10,792 nt of DNA, from contig JAZDNN010000021.1 of assembly GCA_043799675.1 (NCBI GenBank), forward strand, positions 1-10,792. Direction: 5' to 3'. The position numbers and the translations under genes were made by a program. Under the pieces are notes generated by a model. That model made no database searches. It was not told the origin of the DNA and worked only from the letters and a program-made list of their open reading frames with translations. Every line of letters begins with the position of its first letter. The stretch's first letter is position 1. Shown piece after piece: positions 1-6,700 of the stretch. Source of the DNA: Candidatus Aenigmatarchaeota archaeon (GTDB lineage Archaea > Aenigmatarchaeota > Aenigmatarchaeia > Aenigmatarchaeales > JACQIB01).

Positions 1-570
1 AATCTCCACATAGATTCCGCCCAAGCCGACCGAGACGATGGTGCCGAACTGGGAATCGGATTTGGCACCGACTATAAGCTCAAGGCCGGAGAGCTGCTTC
101 TGGAACTGGACCTTCTCGGCACCCTTAATTTTCATCAACTCTGTAAAAGCGATCTTTGCCTGCTCCTCGGTGGAAATATCCTTCTTAATTCCGCCAAGGT
201 CGGTCTTGTGAATTATATTGGGGCCGCTGACCTTCATCACGGCGGGAATGCCGACCTTCTTGAGTGCTGCTTGAATATCGGCTTCCTTCCTGACAAACAT
301 GAACGGGGCGACAGGGAAGCGCGCCTGCTTCAGGAGCTCCCATGCCTTCTCGTCGTCCAGCTTGGGGGAAGGCACCGGTTTGGCTATAACGGCCTTCTGC
401 ACCGGCTTCGAAACGACGTTATGGACAGGCTTTGCAGCTGTCTTGGGCTTTGGTTTGACTTTAGAGATATGTTTTACAGGCTTTTTGGCTACAGTAGGTC
501 TTTTTATATCTGCTTTTGGTGCAGCGGAGCCCTTTTGGTGCTTCCCCTTGAACATGTCAAGCAATGCCAT
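1..570 (-). CDS. Acetate/acyl-CoA ligase (ADP-forming) beta-type ATP-grasp subunit, 5' part; runs off the left edge
   Basis: Absent from the ORF track. Manual translation from ATG 570: MALLDMFKGK...KLDDEKAWELLKQARFPVAP...PAVMKVSGPNIIHKTDLGGIKKDI...GLELIVGAKSDSQFGTIVSVGLGGIYVEI. HKTD-x-GG and D-x-QFG...GLGGIYVE are hallmark motifs of the ACD beta / ATP-grasp_5 family. TATA-like CTTAAAAG lies about 25 nt upstream on the minus strand. Confidence 0.9.
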   Translation of the reverse strand, partial: MALLDMFKGKHQKGSAAPKADIKRPTVAKKPVKHISKVKPKPKTAAKPVHNVVSKPVQKAVIAKPVPSPKLDDEKAWELLKQARFPVAPFMFVRKEADIQAALKKVGIPAVMKVSGPNIIHKTDLGGIKKDISTEEQAKIAFTELMKIKGAEKVQFQKQLSGLELIVGAKSDSQFGTIVSVGLGGIYVEI

Positions 571-655
571 GGGACAGATTGTCAGCTCCACCTTTTAAGT
601 GTAATGATGGAGCGGACTGCAAAAAGCATTTAACCGTCGCCGCGAATAGCATTCC

Positions 656-1537
656 GTGCGAATCCCAACAATCTTCAAGCAAAAAACCAGGAGGCACCGG
701 AGGGCTCAGCCTGAGCCTGATGAGCCGGAACCGGACGAGCCGGATCCGGACGAGCCCAGACCGGTCACGCAGGTGCCCAAACTGACGCCCCACGATTTCG
801 CGTTGCTCGGGCTTCGGTTCGACAGAACACAGACACTCAGGAAAGGGGCCGCCAAAGCGCCCCAGATGCTGAGGAAGGTGCTGCCGAAGCTCGAGACCTA
901 TGTTTACGGTGTTGACCTTTCGGCAAGCAGCCTGGAAGATCTCGGTGACGTTAACGCGAACAGCTTCAAGGAGCTTGCAAAGCAGACGGCAGTCAAGCTG
1001 GCGAGCACCAAGAAGTTCCCGATAATAATTGGCGGGGAGCACACGGTGAGCCTGGCGGCTGTCAAGGCACTGAAGCCGGATACGGTGGTGATTCTTGATG
1101 CACACCCCGATTGCGAGGCGAGCGAATCGCATGACGGGGTGACCAGGAAGATAGCCGAGCTGGTGGGGCCGGAGAATGTGTTCCTGTTCGGGGCCCGGGC
1201 GGCGAGTGCCGCTGAAGATGAATATCTGGGCAGCAGCGGGATCAACGTGATTGACAGCCTGAACAAGCTCCAGTGGGTGAAAGGAAGGGTATACCTTTCG
1301 ATTGACCTTGATGTCCTTGACCCGTCAATCATGGCATCCGTAGGCAATCCGGAGCCGATGGGGCTGAGCTTCTCGGAAGTGACGCAGGCGATAAAAATGG
1401 TGGCACCCTACCTGATAGGGGCAGATTTTGTGGAATTCACCCCGTTGGAAGATAGCTCAGCGGACATCCACGCGCTGATGGCCGGCAAGCTGATTTACAG
1501 CACCATGGCCGCCATCGTGAAAGCCAGGCAGAAGTGA
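656..1537 (+). CDS. speB: Agmatinase / ureohydrolase (arginase superfamily)
   Basis: Metal-binding motifs GGEHT, DAHPD and SIDLDVLDPS, plus GNPEPMGLS and GADFVEFTP. The GTG start at 656 is supported by ATTTAA about 25 nt upstream. Substrate not certain. Confidence 0.88.
   Translation: MRIPTIFKQKTRRHRRAQPEPDEPEPDEPDPDEPRPVTQVPKLTPHDFALLGLRFDRTQTLRKGAAKAPQMLRKVLPKLETYVYGVDLSASSLEDLGDVNANSFKELAKQTAVKLASTKKFPIIIGGEHTVSLAAVKALKPDTVVILDAHPDCEASESHDGVTRKIAELVGPENVFLFGARAASAAEDEYLGSSGINVIDSLNKLQWVKGRVYLSIDLDVLDPSIMASVGNPEPMGLSFSEVTQAIKMVAPYLIGADFVEFTPLEDSSADIHALMAGKLIYSTMAAIVKARQK
710..754 (+). repeat. Three in-frame 15-bp tandem repeats encoding PEPDE/PEPDE/PDPDE
   Basis: cctgagcctgatgag / ccggaaccggacgag / ccggatccggacgag, read directly. 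Confidence 0.9.
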
Positions 1538-1541
1538 TTGA

Positions 1542-1901
1542 ATGCAGCTGACAGCAGAGCAGAAAAAACTGATTGAGAGCAAGACGGCGGCTTTCGCCAC
1601 GATAGGCAGCGACGGCAAGCCCCATGTAATAGCCGTGGCGTCCCTCAGGGTGGTCGGGCCGGACCAGGTCCTGGTAAGCGACAACTACATGCAGACTACC
1701 AAGGCAAACATAGAGCATAACCCGGTGGTTGCGTTCGTTGTCTGGGATGAAAATACGGGTGGCTGGCAGTTCAAAGGAATTGCCGAATATTATGGTACAG
1801 GTGAATGGGTCGAGAAAGTGAAGAAGATTAAAGAGAACAAAGGCCTGTCGGCAAAGGGCGCGATAATCGTCACCGTTCTAGAAGCGCGGAAATCCGCATA
1901 G
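1542..1901 (+). CDS. Pyridoxamine 5'-phosphate oxidase-like FMN-binding split-barrel protein
   Basis: FATIGSDGKPHV...VSDNYMQTTKANIEHNPVVA...GWQFKGIAEY pattern. It starts 4 nt after the agmatinase stop, so the two are probably co-transcribed. Confidence 0.85.
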   Translation: MQLTAEQKKLIESKTAAFATIGSDGKPHVIAVASLRVVGPDQVLVSDNYMQTTKANIEHNPVVAFVVWDENTGGWQFKGIAEYYGTGEWVEKVKKIKENKGLSAKGAIIVTVLEARKSA

Positions 1902-1937
1902 CTGATTCTAACAAACGGAAAAAAGAGGAAGTGCCGC

Positions 1938-2249
1938 TCAAAACATGCTCATAGGAGCCGGAGTAGCGTTCTGGTCGGATGGCATGTCTTCCTGCACGGG
2001 TGCGTTCAGGTGCTTTATTATCACCACGTCACCGACGCTGTCCACGTACTGGTACGGTATCGCCACACCCTTCTTGTTGCCGATCGCGCCCGAGAGGAAG
2101 CTTCCTCTGGTCACGTCAATAACAACCGAATGTATGCGGAACTTTGCCAGGTTAAGGCGGACATCGGCGATGCGCCCTGCGTAGACTCCCCTGTTCGTGA
2201 AGACATCCTTGCCGAACATTTCGCTGATTTGCTTTACCGATATGCCCAT
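1938..2249 (-). CDS. PRC-barrel domain protein (similar to archaeal CdpB-type cell division proteins)
   Basis: ISEMFGKDVFTNRGVYAGRIADVRL...IPYQYVDSVGDVVIIK is a typical archaeal single PRC barrel. RBS GAGGTGA lies just upstream on the minus strand. Confidence 0.85.
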   Translation of the reverse strand: MGISVKQISEMFGKDVFTNRGVYAGRIADVRLNLAKFRIHSVVIDVTRGSFLSGAIGNKKGVAIPYQYVDSVGDVVIIKHLNAPVQEDMPSDQNATPAPMSMF

Positions 2250-2321
2250 CGAATCACCTCAAAAGTTTGTAACCGTTATTGGACGTAATTGACATATAAG
2301 TATGTGGCGCGGAGTCGGCAC

Positions 2322-2329
2322 TTTTAAAG
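2322..2329 (+). promoter_or_regulatory. TATA-box candidate for tRNA-Ser
   Basis: TTTTAAAG, 23-30 nt upstream of the tRNA 5' end at 2352. Confidence 0.55.
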
Positions 2330-2351
2330 CTGTCGGGCTCCGATTATATTT

Positions 2352-2501
2352 GCTGAGGTAGCCAAGACTCTGTCAGTACAGTCTGGCAAAGTGGAAACGG
2401 TACGGCGCTATGTGCGCTGTGTTCAGCAGGGTACACGCTACAGCCTGCTAAGCTAGTGGGGAGTAATCCCCTCGTGGGTTCGATTCCCATCCTCAGCGCC
2501 A
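2352..2501 (+). tRNA. tRNA-Ser(GCT) with two non-canonical introns (15/16: 2367-2397; 28/29: 2410-2441), CCA encoded
   Basis: Acceptor GCTGAGG/CCTCAGC, G73, CCA. Spliced D arm GCCAAG|CGGTACGGC. Anticodon arm CT|AGC-CT-GCT-AA-GCTAG (anticodon 2447-2449). Long variable arm GGGG-AGTAAT-CCCC and T arm GTGGG-TTCGATT-CCCAT. BHB-like junctions GCCA-AGA/TGGA-AAC and GGCG-CTA/CGCT-ACA. Confidence 0.92.
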
Positions 2502-2504
2502 TCC

Positions 2505-2654
2505 ATGCCAGCGAAGGAAGAACTTGTTCGCAAGAAGCTCAAGAGGCTCGAGGAGCTCACCGGCGAAAGACAGGAAAACATCGAGCATGAGTTGATTCCG
2601 TTGCCCGGCGAGAATATCACACCCTTGACAACGAAGAAACGCAAACGCTATTAA
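2505..2654 (+). CDS. Small hypothetical protein (49 aa) between tRNA-Ser and tRNA-Val
   Basis: Manual ORF MPAKEELVRKKLKRLEELTGERQENIEHELIPLPGENITPLTTKKRKRY*. It fills the spacer and looks protein-like, but no homology was recognised. Confidence 0.5.
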   Translation: MPAKEELVRKKLKRLEELTGERQENIEHELIPLPGENITPLTTKKRKRY

Positions 2655-2676
2655 AGGACTGCCCACAGAATCGCTT

Positions 2677-2781
2677 GGGCCCGTAGTCTATCGGCAGGAC
2701 GCGACCCTCACAATGCCTTCCGCACGGCGGAAGCAAACGAGAGCGGTTGAGAGCCAGGTTCAATTCCTGGCGGGCCCACCA
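2677..2781 (+). tRNA. tRNA-Val(CAC) with canonical 37/38 intron (2713-2743), CCA encoded
   Basis: Acceptor GGGCCCG/CGGGCCC, A73, CCA. Anticodon arm CGACC-CT-CAC-A|C-GGTTG and T arm CCAGG-TTCAATT-CCTGG. Intron hairpin CTTCCGC-ACG-GCGGAAG. TATA-like TATTAAAG at 2649-2656. Confidence 0.92.
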
Positions 2782-2948
2782 GAAAGTTCTTTCGCCTTTT
2801 TGATTCCTACAATTTTGATGGTCACCATGTCCCCGCGTTTGATATCAAGCGCATAGGCAACATCCCTATCCAAAGTAATCTGACGTTTGTCCTTTACTTT
2901 TGGACAAAAATTTAGCTGCTGTCCCTCAGGCAATACCTCATAATCCAT
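2760..2948 (-). CDS. AbrB/MazE/SpoVT-like small DNA-binding protein (62 aa)
   Basis: From ATG 2948: MDYEVLPEGQQLNFCPKVKDKRQITLDRDVAYALDIKRGDMVTIKI... matches the AbrB swapped-hairpin pattern. The longer 3104 start in the ORF track overlaps tRNA-Glu and was rejected. Confidence 0.7.
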   Translation of the reverse strand: MDYEVLPEGQQLNFCPKVKDKRQITLDRDVAYALDIKRGDMVTIKIVGIKKAKELSGGPARN

Positions 2949-2964
2949 AATCGTATGCAAGCAT

Positions 2965-2978
2965 GAAAGGTTAAATAA
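2965..2978 (+). promoter_or_regulatory. BRE/TATA candidate for tRNA-Glu, in a short spacer shared with the divergent AbrB-like gene
   Basis: GAAAGG-TTAAATAA ends 24 nt upstream of 3002. Confidence 0.55.
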
Positions 2979-3001
2979 GCTCCGAAGGACAACAGAAGAT
3001 T

Positions 3002-3173
3002 GCTCCCGTCGTCTAGTCCGGTCAAGGATCGAGGCCCTTCGAGCGCGCTCGAAGGATGCGAGCGAAAGCTGTGAGCGCAAGGCAAGCCTCTGACCAGGGT
3101 CCAAAACGGGCTTTCTTAAAAAGAAAGCAGGTTTGCAAAGAAACGCCCGACGGAGATCCCTGCGGGAGCACCA
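3002..3173 (+). tRNA. tRNA-Glu(TTC) with two introns (37/38: 3042-3084; 59/60: 3106-3156), atypical C33 and C55, CCA encoded
   Basis: Acceptor GCTCCCG/CGGGAGC, A73, CCA. Anticodon arm GAGGC-CC-TTC-G|A-GCCTC, 4-nt variable loop TGAC and T arm CAGGG-TCCAAA|T-CCCTG. Perfect BHB CCTT-CGA-GCGC / GCGC-AAGG-CAA. Relaxed BHB TCCA-AAA-CGGGC / GCCCG-A-CGGA-GAT. Confidence 0.85.
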
Positions 3174-3176
3174 GTT

Positions 3177-3380
3177 TTACTTCTTTTCATAATCCGTCGG
3201 AGGAAACAGCGGCGTCGGTTCGCTCTGCGCTTTGCGGAACCTTTCATCGGCATCGTTGAAAAAATTGGCTATGCTTTCGACAAATCCCGGGTCCTTTTTA
3301 TGTGTTTTGTAAATCTCATCAGACCTGAGAACCGGGAGAAGATGGGCCCTTACGTAAGCCACATTTTCTGATTGAACCAT
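3177..3380 (-). CDS. Hypothetical protein (67 aa)
   Basis: ATG-started ORF that fills the gap. TATA-like TTATTTAT about 25 nt upstream on the minus strand. No family recognised. Confidence 0.55.
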   Translation of the reverse strand: MVQSENVAYVRAHLLPVLRSDEIYKTHKKDPGFVESIANFFNDADERFRKAQSEPTPLFPPTDYEKK

Positions 3381-3458
3381 GAATATCCTGTTAATTGCCG
3401 TCGGATAAATAACTCTGTCACCGGAGGAAAATTTACAAAAGTAAAAACAAAAACCGAA

Positions 3459-3689
3459 TTACTGTACTTTCTGCGCTGCCTTGCCTATCCAGATGGTCAG
3501 GATAACGGCCAGCACGGTCACGAATATCGCATAGACCCAGACACCGGATGAGGCCACGAAGGCCAGCGGACCGCCTTCAACGAAAAGGCTCTTTATCGCA
3601 TCATTCCACGCCAAAGCGGCTATCAGGCCGAATGCGGCAGTCATCAATGCCGATATTTTTTCAATGACTTCTTTCTTCATGGCAGGCAT
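3459..3689 (-). CDS. DUF5654-like small membrane protein with two TM helices
   Basis: LMTAAFGLIAALAWNDAIKSLF...WVYAIFVTVLAVILTIWIGK resembles the DUF5654 family pattern (recalled, not searched). The start could be 3680. Confidence 0.8.
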   Translation of the reverse strand: MPAMKKEVIEKISALMTAAFGLIAALAWNDAIKSLFVEGGPLAFVASSGVWVYAIFVTVLAVILTIWIGKAAQKVQ

Positions 3690-3772
3690 TGCATCAGCCG
3701 GTATTTAACGGTTCGGTCATTAACGGGCCGATTTCTATACGGGTTATTAAGGTTTTCGTGTGATTATTTTTA

Positions 3773-6700
3773 ATGCAGCCTGTGAATTATGTCACCTTGA
3801 CGATTATCGCTGTTGTCCTGTCCAGTTCTGCGGTCGCATACGTCGTGCTGGCCGCACCCACCGTTTTCACACTGAGCATCATTCATCCGACTTCAGCGGA
3901 CAAAGCACTGGTCACGGACGGGCAGGACATAACCGTCAAGTTCATCTTCACAATGGACGGTGCCAACGTCACGAGCGGCGTCAGCGTCGCGAACATCACG
4001 GTGGGCGGGCAGACCTGTCAGCTGCAGGATCGCAGTGAAGGCAAGTACCTGCAAAGAACGATCATTACAAACAGCCTGGACTTCGCGTTGACCGATTACC
4101 AGGTCAACCTGACCGTTGATACCTCGTCATTAATTGCGGCCGGAAAGATGCGCTCGGACTGCGGCGATATAAGATTTTTCAACTCGTCAAACGCAGAGAT
4201 TGATCATTGGATAGAAAACGGCTGCAATACGCCCGCCACCAGGATATGGGTCGAGGTGCCGAACATCCCCGCGGCAGGGACCGAAAACATAACGATGCAT
4301 TACGGAAACCCGGACAATGCATACGAAAGCAGCGGCGACGACACTTTCATACTGTTCGATGATTTTTATTCTGATAACCCCGTTTACAGCGAAAACCAGA
4401 CCATTTACAACAACGTAAGGGCGGCTGCGGACAACGTAATTTCACTGGACCACTTCGCCTTTCCCGACGGGACGGATTATTGGGTAGCCGCACCGCGGTA
4501 TGAGATTCCATATGCGGTAGATACCGCCCTGACCATGCTAGGTTACCCCGAACATTTCACGGCAGCCCAGTTGAACAACACGATATACAAGTTTGCGAAT
4601 GCCACCAATGCCAAAGGGGAAATGCCCATATCCTTGACCGTAGGCGGTACCGCCTACAGTTTCTATTCGGGGCACGATCACTGGCATCTCCATGCGGGGG
4701 GCGATGCCCAGTTCATGATGCCGCAACTGGCGAGATTGTACTATGACAAGACCGGGGACATAAACGCTTTCAATACCGGCTACAGGGTCAAGCTGATAAA
4801 TGCCCTAAAGACCATCCAGATGAATTCGGCGACCGGCCTGGTGTATGTGGATCCAAGCAGCCCCTGGATACCGTTCGGTTTCAGGGACGGTGTACTGAAC
4901 ACCGGAAACAACCTGCTGGGGTCCCTGATGTATTACAGGGCATCAACGGACATGGCCTATCTGCTGAACATAAGCGGGGACAGTCAAAACTATACCTACT
5001 TCACGAACGCGGCAAACAACGTAAAAGGCAACATATCCAGACTGTGGAACGACACGGACAACATGTTCCATGCGGCGGACGGCGCGAACAACCTGACGGA
5101 CATCGTGGGAAGCGCCCTTGCGGTCCATCTCGGCGTCGCGAACGCAACGCAGGCATCATTAATCGAGGATTATCTTGTGAACAACTTCGATTCCATAACC
5201 TACAGGGGGTTCGTATTGCAGACCCCGAACAACTGGTCCACGCCCCTCATGTCAACCTACGATGACGGTTACTGGAGCTTCGGCAACGACTGGATACTTA
5301 CCACCCTGGCCGTCAAGAACGCGAGCCTTGCATACGACCTGACGCTCCAGCTCTCAAACAGTCCGAACCCGGACATTGAACACTGGGCGAAAGCGAGAAA
5401 CGGCAACGGGGGTTATGATACCAACCTGGAATCGCCTGTCGGGACCTTAAGGTATATCATGGACAATCCCCAGATTTATGACGGCAGCTCTTACTCTTAC
5501 AGGACCATTGACCATGATAAATGGGCGGTCACTTCGAAAGGCGCCTGCGCCGCAACGATATCAGACAGCCTGCTTAACCAGTACTCCGCAAGCGGGGCAT
5601 TTCATCAGATTAGAAGCACAAAAACGTTCACACCGAACGTAAGCATAGAACGGAGGGTGATGTTTACCGGTAACACCTCGAATACGAGGAACAGGGCCAA
5701 GGTGTTTGGCGCGGATGCACCGACCGACTACGGCGTGTTTGATAATCTGCAGATATATGTCGGCATGGAAACCGGCTATTATGCGCCTTCGGGGTCATGG
5801 ATGCGCGAAGTACAGAAAATCAACGCAACCGACATTGCATGGTATTTCTATAACGAAACCAACAGCATCTTTTCAACCGCATTCGCTGAAGATGTGAGTG
5901 CTTCCGGGCTCCGGTATTATCAGTCGGTAGGCAATCAAGGTTTTTTGGGCAACGGTAATGTCACAACCGACTGGGTTTTTGTGCGTAAATGGTACGGGGT
6001 AGAGCCCATCAGTACGACGGGCGCGGAGGAATATGTGAATGCCGTGTATGATTCTGCGACCGGAATATGGGGCGTGAACTGCAGTGTGCCAGCCGGATTT
6101 AATGATGCCCAGAACCTGTTCGTTTCCGCCAACGCAACAGCCTATTCCGCCAGCATGGCAGACGACACGGAGACCGGGGCCGTATTTTACATAGGACCGC
6201 CAACGGCCTATTCTGTCGGTCTTGACCTGCCTGCCGGGAACTTGGAAACGAACCCTTACGTCACGTTCCAGATGGCATGCACCCCGATAACGAACGGAGC
6301 AGCGACCGGGGTCGATATATTGTACGAATACAACTCGTCGGCGTTCGACTGGACCGCGATTCCGACCTCGGGGACCGCAAATCTTACCGTTGCGACGAAC
6401 CCCGAAACGGATGTCCTGAACAACAGTCAGGTGAGTGAGATCATAACCGCGCACGATAAAGGCGTCTATAACGTCAGGTGCAGAGCCTATAATTCAACGG
6501 ATTCTGTTTACTCGGCGGAAAAGCAGGTCACCGTGACGTCCTGGTGGAACAGCGATTATGCTTACCAAAAGAACCTAATCATCACGAACACCCTTCCGGT
6601 GAACCTCACGGACTATCAGGTCAATGTGAACATTGATACGGCAGCGCTGATAGCCGCAGGGAAGATGAATACGAGCTGCCTTGACGCAAGGTTCGTGAGC

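Noticed and set aside
208..633. Plus-strand ORFs 208..633 and 299..598
   Set aside because: Antisense shadows of the minus-strand ATP-grasp gene, which has clear family motifs.
710..754. Tandem repeats as a CRISPR array
   Set aside because: The 15-bp contiguous units have no spacers and are in frame within a CDS. No CRISPR-like array or cas gene was seen in the window.
557..1718. ORFs 557..1132, 564..785, 904..1347, 1437..1718 and 1457..1684
   Set aside because: They overlap the well-supported agmatinase and FMN-binding genes and show no recognisable motifs.
1945..2288. Plus-strand ORFs 1945..2184 and 2010..2288
   Set aside because: Antisense to the PRC-barrel gene, which has an RBS and family pattern.
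2702..2749. TCA (Sec/suppressor) reading of the tRNA at 2677
   Set aside because: The CGACC/GGTTG stem places CAC at 34-36, and the body is a typical archaeal tRNA-Val with a short variable loop.
3031..3090. Alternative identities for the 3002-3173 tRNA (Arg-TCG by register shift, His-GTG from intron sequence) or nested introns restoring T33/T55
   Set aside because: The GAGGC/GCCTC stem and a perfect BHB fix the register. The acceptor stem, A73 and 4-nt variable loop fit Glu. I found no alternative BHB giving canonical loops.
2453..3259. ORFs 2453..2644, the 2949..3104 extension of the AbrB-like ORF, and 3056..3259
   Set aside because: They overlap tRNA-Ser or tRNA-Glu and are artefacts of RNA gene sequence.
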